A DNA stretch of 64,000 bases from NCBI GenBank assembly GCA_051252135.1, contig JBPOGH010000009.1, forward strand, positions 137,098-201,097. The letters are read 5' to 3'. Source of the DNA: Verrucomicrobiaceae bacterium (GTDB lineage Bacteria; Verrucomicrobiota; Verrucomicrobiia; Verrucomicrobiales; Akkermansiaceae). How positions within the stretch are numbered: position 1 is the first letter of the stretch; every line of letters begins with the position of its first letter. This document shows positions 8,801 through 18,267 of this stretch, piece after piece. The translations under genes were made by a program, and so were the position numbers. Under the pieces are notes generated by a model that worked only from the letters and a program-made list of their open reading frames with translations, made no database searches and was not told where the DNA came from.

Positions 8801-9990
8801 AAGCACTCGTAGAAGTCTGCTTCGCCATCGTTATTCAAATCATGGAGGCGGGTGATCTGATCGCGGCCTTGGGTGTGGATGACGCCGTCGACAATCTTGA
8901 GCCCGAGAGTTTGGTAGAGGCCACTGGCGAAGCGGCGCCATTTGACCTTGGAAATGTCGCCATCGATTCCTTCGGCGATCCAGACATCGCCATTCCAGGT
9001 GGAGCAGGCGACGCTCTTGCCATCGGGGAAGAAGTCGAAGGCTCCAAAGCGGATGTTCGACTCCCAGGGGTTTTCTTTGGGAAGGGGGATGTCATCGGCA
9101 GCATAGCCGTTTTTGGGTTCGGCGAGGCGGCCTTTGGTGGTGATGATCTCCGGGAATAAGGAGGGGCCGCCTTTGGTGAGGCCTGCGAGGCTCGCTCGTT
9201 TGGCGACGGGGATTTCGACGCCTTCCGGGGCGTAGACGAGGTCGAGTGAGCCGGCGGTTCCTTTTTCCAGGGAGAGGACGATGCGTCCGGAGTCGAGAGT
9301 CTGCAGGCTGGCGCCCTCTGGCGCGCCGCGGAGGGCGACGGTGATCTTACGACCTCCCTCGAGAGGATCGCGGACGAGGAGTTCGACGTCGTTTTTCATT
9401 TCCTCGAATTCAAACGAGCGCAGCATTCCCTCGCCGAGGGTCCATGGCATTTCGAGGACCCTGGAGCCGCCGACGGAATAGCTGAGGACGGTGCCTGTTT
9501 CATGGCGGTAGAGTCCATGATACTCGGCTTGGGCGTCGGGGAGGGGGCCGTTTTTTGTGGGGCGGGGGTCGGCCCAGTCGCCATTGACGGCGACGCCGGG
9601 GCCTCGGTGAGTCGCGAAGAAGTAGTCCTTTTTCTTCTCTGGGAGAAAGGAATTGTCGTTGTGGACACCGCTCCAGGGGGTGCCCGCCATTTTGACGATT
9701 CCGTTGAATCCTGCGACCATGCGGAGGGTCTCGGTATCGAAGACGACCGATTGATTTTCCCGGGCGCCGAGCTTGATGGCGATCCCCTTGAGCACTGCGA
9801 CCTCGCCCTTGGGGCCGAATCCTAAAAAGGTGTCGCTGATGAAGGGGCCGGTGTCCATGGCCTCCCACCATTGCAATTTGGGGTTGGCCTTAAGCTTGTC
9901 CTGAGTGAGCTCTGCCCTTGTTTTGCCGAAGGCGCTTGCCGTGAGGATGAGGGAGAGACTGGCTACCGATGTTGCCCGCAACAGATTCAT
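5824..9990 (-). CDS. Large secreted DUF6797-type / beta-propeller dehydrogenase-like protein with C-terminal multiheme cytochrome c region
   Basis: Signal peptide from MNLLRATS; MDTGPF...KGIAIKLG N-terminal domain; propeller motifs (LHDLNNDGEADFYE, GLRAPGG); four CxxCH motifs (CARCH, CDVCH, CNTCH, CTTCH). Confidence 0.8.
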   Translation of the reverse strand: MNLLRATSVASLSLILTASAFGKTRAELTQDKLKANPKLQWWEAMDTGPFISDTFLGFGPKGEVAVLKGIAIKLGARENQSVVFDTETLRMVAGFNGIVKMAGTPWSGVHNDNSFLPEKKKDYFFATHRGPGVAVNGDWADPRPTKNGPLPDAQAEYHGLYRHETGTVLSYSVGGSRVLEMPWTLGEGMLRSFEFEEMKNDVELLVRDPLEGGRKITVALRGAPEGASLQTLDSGRIVLSLEKGTAGSLDLVYAPEGVEIPVAKRASLAGLTKGGPSLFPEIITTKGRLAEPKNGYAADDIPLPKENPWESNIRFGAFDFFPDGKSVACSTWNGDVWIAEGIDGDISKVKWRRFASGLYQTLGLKIVDGVIHTQGRDQITRLHDLNNDGEADFYECFNNDVLITRGFHEFAFDLQTDAEGNFYFSKGMPVLSGGRGFAESTEHNGTILKLSPDGKTLTKLAWGLRAPGGLGLGPNGELTTGENEGSYVPRCKITWSKQDGSSFHGVVPSEWDGRNFVATLPGMPTDYERPLCWLPYYVDNSSGSQFWVPKDSTWSNHAGQMLHLSYGKSSIYRTLIDEVNGQVQGGVYRLPIDLTTAGMRGRFHPESGHLYIIGFRGWQTNGGTGFQRVRFVGEEKPVPLKLEAHKNGLRIEFSSSLDPEVANDPRRYNVSKWDYVWGPQYGSGRFSIDEANNEALQKALVEPSKGSENQIDAVEVRAAKLLKDGKSVFLYIPKMTPAMQMEIGMDLADAGKKPFKETIWNTIHNLRPAFNAHGLDLANLPEIKKEALGEPGLILSTSEGSADDAVVVDRLAMTLERGDAITTFIKGDQAVFEGNIIVDARDQRAFQLDGHGWASLKINGKTVIEGELPLESQPLELEAGPQAIYCYFKKAEDGSGRIRLLWSGSDFVWEPVKPSAYRYRATPVLAAKDKARAGRDLFAAVGCARCHEADSNIFKPGASMPEIREHLPDFQNIGNRMQPGWLEQWVKKPEDHCPSVAPDSAGDIAAYLATLSENELPALKGDAKKGDTLIEELHFNTWADKLAQTPKFTSGGLQAFLMDPTAHARDTAFPHLRLTAQEAADIAAAIQAKQPKSLPMPTGDAAKGKAMVAQRCDVCHQPAKGVKYEFPAKKVKQMFDSEWLVHGCLSEEEGNAPELGLSLEQKQALLAFKNIDGNKNISSARRFVPHEYATRTIERLQCNTCHSGENKLPEIDLAGEKLQAGWLESLLCGDVQKTRPWMTARMPEFTSRSKYLAKGIAYRAGMELADDELKVDPDRVKVGEQIAGLTGYACTTCHATGATPALQAFEGQGPNLQLSGERLRPGYYHSWMYWPQRFSPLTIMPKYTVDKQKALNSTFYDGDADKQFDAIRHWMHTLQGADKAPVPEKDDH

Positions 9991-10070
9991 GCAAAAAACT
10001 ACGTGCTGCGGAAAAGGCTTCAATCATTAAGCTGCGCCATTTTGAACACTCCTGGAATCTATGATACAGA

Positions 10071-13000
10071 TTAGGGGTTGAGCGTCACGTGGAGGCGGAT
10101 GAAGCGCTGATCGCCTGCAAGATGGGCAACGAAATCCCGGATGGTGATGGTCTCCGTGCCATCTCCATTATCCGAGGCCGACCCTATCTGGAAAGTTGTG
10201 GCATCCCAGCCGGAGAGGGTGGAGGAAACTTGAATTTCATAGGAAAGATCGATGGCGTTTTTTTGCCGTCTCAAGGTCATCGAGAGGTAGTCATTACCAT
10301 CTGCGTTTGCGAAGGCTGATTGGTAGCCAAGTGTGGCGTCCTTGGTCAGGGGATCGAGGCCGAGGGCGTATTCGAGCAAGGTGTTGAGTCCGTCGGCATC
10401 GGGGTCGGCATCATTTCCGGTAATGGCGGGGTCGAGGAGGTCTGACTCGGTGAAGGTTTGGTTTTTCCAGAACTCGAAGGTCATCGAGGTAGCGGCCGGG
10501 CTGGCTGCGGGATCGCCGCCTACGAATTGGCTGATACCCCAATTGGGGGCCAGGTCGAAATCGGTGACGGCGGTTCCTGTGGGGTTGAGAAGAACCAGGG
10601 AGTAACCGGTCCCATCGGTCTGGGGATACCAGGCATCGCTGTAAGAGAACTCGAGAACGTTTTCGCCGACGGCATCGACGATTTGGAGTTGCTCGCCTGC
10701 GTTGTTGAGATTGCCGGTGAATTGGCCGACGACGGGCAGGAGGTTTCCGTAGCGGAGCTCGAAGGCGGCTTGGTTTGCCACTACGATGACGCGTTGCCCG
10801 GGAGCGAGTGTGGTGCCGCCTGCGAAGGTCATGCTAACGCCTTCGGTGAATTTTGCGTTGCTGAGGTCGAGGTTGTTTGGGCCATTATTGATGAGTTCGA
10901 TGAATTCGAAATCGGAGGCGGAAAGGGTGGGGATGCTGTTGAGTTCCGCGGTGGTGGGCGCTGCGGGGGCGAACATGATTTCACTCACGCGGAGGTAGGC
11001 CTGGACGAGGGTTTCGTTTCCCGGGTAGGTTTCGCTTTTGATGAGATTGCCGAAGTTGTCGTGAAGGTTGATGGTTTCACCGCGGGCGGAGAGTTGGCCA
11101 TCGTAGCCGCTGATGAGGTAGCGTTTTTCATCGGCCGTTGGAGTGATGGTCCGGGAGCGGAAGCCGACGGCATCCCGGCCGATGTAGAGGGTTCCCCCGG
11201 CAGGGATGACAGCTCCGGGAGGCAGGGTGAGAGAGACGCCACCGGAGATGACCCAATCCGAGCAATCGACAGCGTAGGAATTGGGATTGAGAAGGATGAA
11301 GTACTCGCCGCTTTGATCGGGGGTGGCTCCATTGCTTGCCGGGTTGAATGTGATCCCGACGATGTTGATGTTGGGCATTGAGGGCTGGGCGGAAGGGACT
11401 TCCGAGAGGCCGTAGAGCTGGGCGCGGCGGGAGGGGAGGTATTCGTTGAGGATTCGATTGGCTGCGGCACGCATGGGGTTGTTGTTTCCCCAGGAACCCC
11501 ATTTTTGGTAGTCGAGATCGGCGTCATCGGTACCGGTGTTTGCGTTGTTGTTGTTGGGATCGATGAGGGCGACGAGGGCATTCACCCGGCCCGGAAGGTA
11601 GTCGGAGGGCGCGGATGTGGGGCCGTACATTTGATCCATGAGCGTCCGGACACGGCGGCGGAACATGTCGTTGAGGGTGGGGTCGTTGAAGATGAACTGC
11701 TTCAGGCGATTTGAGGGTCCGGCGCGGAGATTGTTGTTGTTAAAATTGTCATCGAAGTATGCGGGTCCGGAAATCCAGTTCCGGCCGAGGTTGAGATCGA
11801 TATCCCAGATGAGGGGGCGCCATTCACCGGTGCCATTGGTATCGCGATAGACATAGTAGTTTTTGTGCCCGTGATCGCGATTGTTTGTCATGTCGAGCGC
11901 GGCGAGGTAGTTGATGGTGCCGGGGATGTTGATGTTATCGTAGCCATAGCGGAGCTTGGCATCGCCGGAGAGGCCAAGGCCGGAGATGACGGCGGCGAGG
12001 TCCGAATTCCCCTCTTCTTTGCGGGTCTTTTTATTGACCCCGCTGGAGGAGGAATCGAAGGAGTTATACATTTTGTAAAGAGCGCCATTTTCATCGAGTC
12101 CCACGCGATCGAGGTAGCGGTCATCGCCGTCTTCGATCAGGTCGGCGGTGCTAAAAAAAGCGGCATTCTGCTGAATGCGGACGGGGAAGGCGTAGTGGGC
12201 GGGGTGGCCGGAGAGGCGCATCATTTCGTAGCCGATGAAGTTGCGCGTCTTGGATTTATCGGCCCAGTTGGTGATGAGGTTGATATCCTTGGCCCGCTTG
12301 CCGCCGATCTCGGGGAGGAATCGGTCTCCCTTGTTGAAGTCGATGTCGTAGCTCTTCTTCGGGAATCCTCCCGTCGATTGGCCGTGTCGGTCGGCCTGAA
12401 TATTGTCGTAGAACTGATTGAGGTAAAAGATTGATCCGCGAGAGCCGGAAACGGTGGTGGCTCCATTGGGGTCGGCAGTGAACCAATGAATGACGGGGAG
12501 ATTGGAGGATGCGATGGATGGGTCTTCAGCGATGGTGCCGTAGTATTCAGGGGAGTCGAGAGGGTCGTTGAAGGGCGGAGATTTGGTGGAGTTATTTGAG
12601 CTATCGGTGGCGTTGACACGCCAGCGGATCATTTGTCCTGCGGTCATTCCGGAGGTGGACATGGAAGCGGTGTAGATGCCATCCCCCGCGAGGAGATCTG
12701 CGCCGGTGCCGTTGTCATTCATCGCTAGAGTGGACTCGCTGCCATACATGACGCGAGTGTGGAGGGTGACGGATGAGACGGGGTTGAGAGTGGGGACGAC
12801 ATCGGCCTCAATGACGACATTTCCGGCTCCCGGATTAAGAGGAAGGAGGCCATTGGTGACGCTGCGGACGAGTGGCCCGGGGCTTGCTGATCCTCCGCTA
12901 TTTGCGGCATTTGGGGTGGGGGAGGTGAAGTAGGCTGCGGTAGAGGATCCGCTGATGGTGGCTGCTTCAAGAGTAGGAAGAAAGAGTGAGTCCGAGCTGG

Positions 13001-14012
13001 TGGCGCTACGATTTAATCCGTGGATGCAAAGGAGGTTGTTCCCCACGAGAAGATTTGAAGGATCAATGGTGAAGGGGACATCGACCACGGCATCTCCGTC
13101 ATTGTGGATGTCGGTTGCGTTCGATTGGTAATCCAATTCGTCCGATGGAGGATTGAGCGCTTCCGCTATAATTTCAGGGTCGCCGTTGAGGTAGGCGACA
13201 AAGCCATCATCGTACTTCATATTAAGCGTCAACGAAGAGATCGAGGTGGGATCGGCGACGGTGAAGGGGATGCGGATGTAAACGGAGGTGACTGTGCTGC
13301 CCTGGTTGTAGAAAGTGCTCTGAATGTCGGTTCCGATGAAGGCATCGTAGGGGTCGTTGTTTGCGGTAGCGTAGCCGAGTCCGGTAGTGGCATTACTCCA
13401 GGAGTTGTCATTGAAGCCCGAGCTGATCCAGGAGTTGACGTTCTGGCCATCATTGACGTCGTCGTTTCCATTGGAAGGAACGAGATATTTGGCGGAGGCT
13501 CCGGAGCTGAGGAGAGTGAGGCTGGAGGTGGACTGCTGAAGGCCGTAGGAAATATCGGTGACCTGCTGAGGGTAGGCGGCTCCGTAGTCGTGCTCCACGG
13601 TGATACCGTCAGGTCGCACGATGGCGAGATATTCGCCAGAGGCGGAGAGTTTGAAATTTGTGTGAAGCTCGCCGCCCGGGTCTTGGCGGTTTTTATCGGA
13701 GGCAAAAATGACGATGAGTTGTCCGGAGTTGAGGGTAATGTCCGGAATGGCCCACTTTGTCAGATTCGTGGAATCGTCGGTGAGATACCATCCGCTGAGA
13801 TTGAGTGCGGATCCGCTTTGGTTGTAGAGTTCGATCCAGTCTTCGCTATTTCCATCTTCGTCGTTGAGGGTTTCAGCATTCGAGGCCATGAACTCCGAAA
13901 TGATGACGGATTGTGCCGGTGCCAATACGGTCAATCCCAAGGGGAGAGTCAGGAGAGAAATGAAGCGAGCGATTCCAATGTGGAGCGCTTTGTTGAAAAA
14001 GGAAAAAGACAT
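10071..14012 (-). CDS. Secreted lamin-tail-domain / CotH kinase family protein
   Basis: LTDs (IISEFMASN...DWIELYN; RVSEIMFAP...EFIELIN); choice-of-anchor-X-like MNDNGTGADLLAGDGIYTA; CotH motifs KKSYDIDF, KNYYVY, WDIDLNLG. Start moved to MSFSFFNK. Confidence 0.85.
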   Translation of the reverse strand: MSFSFFNKALHIGIARFISLLTLPLGLTVLAPAQSVIISEFMASNAETLNDEDGNSEDWIELYNQSGSALNLSGWYLTDDSTNLTKWAIPDITLNSGQLIVIFASDKNRQDPGGELHTNFKLSASGEYLAIVRPDGITVEHDYGAAYPQQVTDISYGLQQSTSSLTLLSSGASAKYLVPSNGNDDVNDGQNVNSWISSGFNDNSWSNATTGLGYATANNDPYDAFIGTDIQSTFYNQGSTVTSVYIRIPFTVADPTSISSLTLNMKYDDGFVAYLNGDPEIIAEALNPPSDELDYQSNATDIHNDGDAVVDVPFTIDPSNLLVGNNLLCIHGLNRSATSSDSLFLPTLEAATISGSSTAAYFTSPTPNAANSGGSASPGPLVRSVTNGLLPLNPGAGNVVIEADVVPTLNPVSSVTLHTRVMYGSESTLAMNDNGTGADLLAGDGIYTASMSTSGMTAGQMIRWRVNATDSSNNSTKSPPFNDPLDSPEYYGTIAEDPSIASSNLPVIHWFTADPNGATTVSGSRGSIFYLNQFYDNIQADRHGQSTGGFPKKSYDIDFNKGDRFLPEIGGKRAKDINLITNWADKSKTRNFIGYEMMRLSGHPAHYAFPVRIQQNAAFFSTADLIEDGDDRYLDRVGLDENGALYKMYNSFDSSSSGVNKKTRKEEGNSDLAAVISGLGLSGDAKLRYGYDNINIPGTINYLAALDMTNNRDHGHKNYYVYRDTNGTGEWRPLIWDIDLNLGRNWISGPAYFDDNFNNNNLRAGPSNRLKQFIFNDPTLNDMFRRRVRTLMDQMYGPTSAPSDYLPGRVNALVALIDPNNNNANTGTDDADLDYQKWGSWGNNNPMRAAANRILNEYLPSRRAQLYGLSEVPSAQPSMPNINIVGITFNPASNGATPDQSGEYFILLNPNSYAVDCSDWVISGGVSLTLPPGAVIPAGGTLYIGRDAVGFRSRTITPTADEKRYLISGYDGQLSARGETINLHDNFGNLIKSETYPGNETLVQAYLRVSEIMFAPAAPTTAELNSIPTLSASDFEFIELINNGPNNLDLSNAKFTEGVSMTFAGGTTLAPGQRVIVVANQAAFELRYGNLLPVVGQFTGNLNNAGEQLQIVDAVGENVLEFSYSDAWYPQTDGTGYSLVLLNPTGTAVTDFDLAPNWGISQFVGGDPAASPAATSMTFEFWKNQTFTESDLLDPAITGNDADPDADGLNTLLEYALGLDPLTKDATLGYQSAFANADGNDYLSMTLRRQKNAIDLSYEIQVSSTLSGWDATTFQIGSASDNGDGTETITIRDFVAHLAGDQRFIRLHVTLNP

Positions 14013-14309
14013 CGTGATGGGGAGTTGCACCGCAGATATCCTGCGAGCCCGCGGACCATATTTTGTTTTGAGCCTCAGGTCAGTCGAAATAACCAATCCA
14101 GCTAAAGAATTGCAGGTCATTGGGTAATCGTTTTCTGTGGGTTGATCTTCGGCGTTGAGGTCGGTTGCTTTATTGTGGGGGGCTGGCCGATTTTTAGGCG
14201 GGCTTTGAGTCTGAAAGTGACCGGAGGATCCGTTTCCTGCCCAAGGCTTGCAGAAGGGCGTGGCAAACAGGCCGGCTCGATGGGATTTGTCAGACTGAAA
14301 GGAGTTTTT

Positions 14310-14338
14310 TTGAGTGATGTCACTCATCTGTATAAAAT
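14310..14338 (+). promoter_or_regulatory. Sigma70-type promoter overlapped by a palindromic operator
   Basis: TTGAGT-N17-TAAAAT about 40 nt upstream of ATG 14378; TGAGTGA-TG-TCACTCA at 14311-14326. Confidence 0.55.
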
Positions 14339-14377
14339 GGGGTGGATGCTTTGTTTGTTATTGCAGCCGCAATCATT

Positions 14378-16561
14378 ATGAAAAAAATCTTCAATTTCAC
14401 ATTTGCTCTTCTGGGCATGGGTACCGCTCTGGCAGACTATCCTGCCACCGTCCTGGACGATGCTCCTCTGGCCTACTTTCGCTTTGAAGAAGATGCTGGG
14501 GCTTCCTTTGCCGCTGATTCAACAGGAAATGGAAATGACGCCATCGATTATGCCGAATTGGGATCTGGGGTCATCGGTGTTCAGGGAGCCATTGGGAAAG
14601 CGGTAAAATTCAATGGTGACGGAGGGATCGTTACCGGACTGACTTTCGACCCGTCGACCTCGGACTTTTCGATGGAATTCCTTGTTAAGCCCGATTTTAT
14701 CGAAACGGATACTCAGGTGGTGATTTCGAATCGCGATGGTGAAGGGCTCGGACGTTCCAATGCCAACATCGGGGGAAACAGCCAGATTAATAGCTTCGCC
14801 GGCGGAGCAACCTCGAACTCGGGGATCAATGCCAAGGTGGGCGACTGGCAGCATGTGGTTTTCACCTATGAAAACAGCACAACGACCATTCGGATCTTCG
14901 TCGATGGAGTTGAGGGAACCTCCACCGTGTTGGGAAACCTGGGAACCCCACGTGCGGTGGAATCGGCAAATGGTGAATGGATCATTGGTGCCCAGAAGCT
15001 ACTTAACCAACAATTCACCAATGGTCTTGTCGACGAGGTGGCCATCTACGACACCCGTCTGGATGACCCCAATGGCGATGGCGATCCAAGCGATTCGCGC
15101 ATCCCTGCCCACTACGAGGCGTATCGTGATGATACGGGCCTTTTCAAATTTGAGGCAGATCGGATTTATGCTGATTCAGGTGAGCCGGTAGAGCTCTCAT
15201 GGACGGTGTCGCCGACCATGACCACCCTTGAAATCGATAACGGGGTGGGGGATGTCCTCGGCGGGCTCTCCAGCGCGGCGGACGGTCGCTCGGAGGGAAG
15301 TGTGATCGTCAATCCCACTGCGACCACGACCTACACCTTGAGTGGAACGAATCCTTTTGAAAGCGACACGCTGTCAGTTGAGGTCATCGTGGACGAACTT
15401 CCGGTGATTGATCTCTTCGTATCCAACTTCGATGAAGTCATCGAAACTCAAAGTATTGAGCTGAGCTGGACCATAACCAATGCGGATACTGCCGAAATCG
15501 ACCAAGGGATTGGAGCACTGGTTACCAACCCGGGCCTGGTGACGACCGGCAGCCAGACCATCGCTATCAATGAAGCGACGACCTTTACTCTCTCCGCTAC
15601 CAATGGTGTCGGAACAGCGACCGCTCAAGTCACTGTGACCACTCGCGAGGGTGACCCTTCCCTGATCGCTCATTGGAAAGTGGGGGAAGTAGACGGTGAA
15701 ACGGCTGGCACAACCCTCCTTGCAGACACCGGAGAGGCTTTCAACGGAACATTCGTTGGAACCCCAGCCTTTGACACGGAAGATCCTGCTCCGGTCCCTA
15801 CCGGATCGTCTGCCTCTTTGGTCTTCGATGGGAATGACAGTTGGGTCGATATCCTCGGCTGGAATGGAATCGGTGGCACCACTTCCCGCACGGTTGCCTT
15901 TTGGTTCAAAGGATTGGCCCCGCAGACCAATAACAACGCGACTTTGGTTTCTTGGGGAACCAACGCCACCGGAGCGCGTTTTGACATTCGTCTGAACAGC
16001 GGAGGGAGTGGCGTCCTGCGAACGGAGGTCGCCGGTTCCGGCTCCAATGGAACGGCGTTCATCGGAGATGACGCCTGGCATCATGTCGCAGTGGTTCTGA
16101 CGGATGATGGTGACCCCACTATTGGAGAGGTCCTTTTCTACATCGATGGCGAGCTGGATACTCTCAGTGTTGCCGGTGGAACTGATATCGACACCAGCAC
16201 CGCAAATTTTGTCAGATTAGGTGCTTCGCGTGCCCTGGCGAACCGGTCGCTAACCGGTAAGCTCGACGACATTCGGATCTACAATCGCCCACTCGACGCA
16301 GAGGAAGTTTTGTCGCTTGTAGAAGGAGTGCCGGTTGTTGAGGAATTGGCAATCACCTCCCTGGTTCGTAATCCCGATGACTCCGTCTCTCTCCAATGGA
16401 ACGCGCGGCCTGGCAAATTCTACTTTGTCGAAGTAAGCGCCACCCTGGAGGAAAATTCGTGGATCGAGCTAGCCGACGAAGTGAACGCCGGAGAATATTT
16501 GGATAACACCTTCGCTATCGAAAACCGGTTTGGATTTTACCGCGTGCGGGAAGCGCCCTAA
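14378..16561 (+). CDS. Secreted protein with two LamG/concanavalin-A-like domains and Ig-like linkers
   Basis: Signal peptide MKKIFNFTFALLGMGTALA; LamG signatures WQHVVFTY...VDEVAIYD and WHHVAVV...LDDIRIYNRPL. Confidence 0.85.
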   Translation: MKKIFNFTFALLGMGTALADYPATVLDDAPLAYFRFEEDAGASFAADSTGNGNDAIDYAELGSGVIGVQGAIGKAVKFNGDGGIVTGLTFDPSTSDFSMEFLVKPDFIETDTQVVISNRDGEGLGRSNANIGGNSQINSFAGGATSNSGINAKVGDWQHVVFTYENSTTTIRIFVDGVEGTSTVLGNLGTPRAVESANGEWIIGAQKLLNQQFTNGLVDEVAIYDTRLDDPNGDGDPSDSRIPAHYEAYRDDTGLFKFEADRIYADSGEPVELSWTVSPTMTTLEIDNGVGDVLGGLSSAADGRSEGSVIVNPTATTTYTLSGTNPFESDTLSVEVIVDELPVIDLFVSNFDEVIETQSIELSWTITNADTAEIDQGIGALVTNPGLVTTGSQTIAINEATTFTLSATNGVGTATAQVTVTTREGDPSLIAHWKVGEVDGETAGTTLLADTGEAFNGTFVGTPAFDTEDPAPVPTGSSASLVFDGNDSWVDILGWNGIGGTTSRTVAFWFKGLAPQTNNNATLVSWGTNATGARFDIRLNSGGSGVLRTEVAGSGSNGTAFIGDDAWHHVAVVLTDDGDPTIGEVLFYIDGELDTLSVAGGTDIDTSTANFVRLGASRALANRSLTGKLDDIRIYNRPLDAEEVLSLVEGVPVVEELAITSLVRNPDDSVSLQWNARPGKFYFVEVSATLEENSWIELADEVNAGEYLDNTFAIENRFGFYRVREAP

Positions 16562-16581
16562 TGTCATCGCCTCAACCTTTC

Positions 16582-16624
16582 AAAAGGCCCGCGTCGCATT
16601 GATTGCGAATCGCGGGCCTTTTTT
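16582..16624 (+). terminator. Rho-independent terminator (bidirectional geometry)
   Basis: AAAAGGCCCGCG...CGCGGGCCTTTTTT directly after the stop codon. Confidence 0.85.
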
Positions 16625-16702
16625 ATGGGAAAGAAAGTTGAACGGGCGTTTTCTCGTAGCCTTGTTCACTTGAAACAAGTCGACCATCAATTTCCTTTCC
16701 AC

Positions 16703-18181
16703 ATGCTGCACTCTTCCCTTTTTCTAAAGGCTGCGGTCCTCGCCGCTCTCATCGGTCCTGTTTCGGCGGATTCCGGACGGCCCAACGTTCTCATGATCCT
16801 TGTCGATGACCTCAAGCCCGCCATCGGAGCTTATGGTGACAAGCACGCCATCACACCGCACCTCGACGCCCTTGCTGAAGCGGGCATGCGCTTTGATCTC
16901 GCCTACTGTAATCAAGCAGTCTGTGCCCCCTCCCGTTTTACCCTCATGCTTGGATCCCATTCGACATCCACGGGCCTCTATGGCCTCGGAAGCAAGCTCC
17001 GTGAAGCGCTCCCCGATGCCGTCACCCTTCCCCAGTACTTCGCCAAATATGGTGGTTATCGCACCGAGTCCCTCGGGAAAATTTTCCATATCGGTCATGG
17101 GAACCATGGAGATCCCGATTCCTTCTCCGTTCCGCACTTCAAGGAAAAGGTAATCGAGTATCGCGATCCCGTCAGCAAGCCCGCCGGCCAACTCACTCGC
17201 GAAGAAGCCATGTTCCAGAACGTCAAGGCTCCTCATGGCGGCATGAATACGCTGCCACGTGGAGCCGCCTTCGAATCACCCGATGTCCCGGATGATGCCT
17301 ATGCCGATGGCCGGATAGCCGCCGAAACCATCAGGCGTCTGAAAGCTGCCAAAGACCTCCGTGAAAAAGACGGGACCCCTTTCTTCATTGCCGCCGGATT
17401 TGCGCGCCCCCACCTCCCGTTCTCAGCTCCCAAGAAGTATTGGGTCCTCTATGACCCCGGTAAGCTCCCCCTTCCGGAAAACACCCAACTTCCCAAAGAC
17501 TCCCCCGGCGTGGCCCACAAAAGGGGAGGGGAAATTCGGAATTACTTCCCCGTGCCGGATAAAAACGACCCCGCTCAAATCACCCCTGAGCTCGCTCGAA
17601 AGCTTATCCATGGTTACTACGCCAGCACCAGCTATGCCGATGCTCAGATCGGAAAAATCATGACCTCTCTCCACGAGCTCGGCCTTGCCGATCACACCAT
17701 TGTTGTTCTCTGGGGAGACCACGGCTTTCATCTCGGCGACCTGGGCATCTGGACCAAGCACACCAACTACGAGCAAGCCAACCGGATCCCGCTCATCTTT
17801 GTTGCTCCCGGTGTTGCCCGGCCAAATACAAGCACCAAGCAACTCGCGGAAAGCGTCGATGTCTTTCCCACTCTCGCAGAACTTGCCGGTCTTCCCGCAC
17901 CTGAAGGCCCGCAACCCATCGATGGTCTCAGCCTCGTTCCCGTCCTCCGCAATCCCGCCGCCCGCGTTCGCGACCACGCCTACCATATTTTCCCCAAGCG
18001 CAAGCTCGGCCGGGCCATTCGCACCGAGCGTTACCGCCTTGTTGAATGGGGAAACGAATACGAACTCTACGATTACCAAAGCGATCCCCACGAAACCCAA
18101 AGTCTGGCGACCCAAAAACCGCGAGTCGTCAAGGAGCTCAAAGCCATCCTTGCCCAATACCCCGCTCCTAAAACGCGGTAA
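16703..18181 (+). CDS. Sulfatase, iduronate-2-sulfatase-like (formylglycine S1)
   Basis: PNVLMILVDDLKP, CAPSR, GKIFH, RPHLPF, WGDHGFHLG; signal peptide. Confidence 0.92.
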   Translation: MLHSSLFLKAAVLAALIGPVSADSGRPNVLMILVDDLKPAIGAYGDKHAITPHLDALAEAGMRFDLAYCNQAVCAPSRFTLMLGSHSTSTGLYGLGSKLREALPDAVTLPQYFAKYGGYRTESLGKIFHIGHGNHGDPDSFSVPHFKEKVIEYRDPVSKPAGQLTREEAMFQNVKAPHGGMNTLPRGAAFESPDVPDDAYADGRIAAETIRRLKAAKDLREKDGTPFFIAAGFARPHLPFSAPKKYWVLYDPGKLPLPENTQLPKDSPGVAHKRGGEIRNYFPVPDKNDPAQITPELARKLIHGYYASTSYADAQIGKIMTSLHELGLADHTIVVLWGDHGFHLGDLGIWTKHTNYEQANRIPLIFVAPGVARPNTSTKQLAESVDVFPTLAELAGLPAPEGPQPIDGLSLVPVLRNPAARVRDHAYHIFPKRKLGRAIRTERYRLVEWGNEYELYDYQSDPHETQSLATQKPRVVKELKAILAQYPAPKTR

Positions 18182-18267
18182 GTACTGCCGCCAGCAGCTC
18201 ACCAGGGCATCGTTTCGAAAAGACCGGAGGGTGGCGGCTCACCTTTATTTCGAGTGACCGGGCTTCC

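Noticed and set aside
5752..13705. Long antisense and alternative-frame ORFs (e.g. 5752-6555, 6565-7932, 10458-11381; similarly 48538-49938, 49380-50771, 53297-54496, 61663-62913)
   Set aside because: Shadow ORFs of GC-rich genes with biased composition (G/E/V- or S/P/T-rich) and no domain motifs.
14013..14327. N-terminal extensions in the ORF track (here, and for add, pepC, the ECF sigma and the first sulfatase)
   Set aside because: They precede clear signal peptides or family N-termini and overlap promoters or terminators, so they were treated as non-coding.
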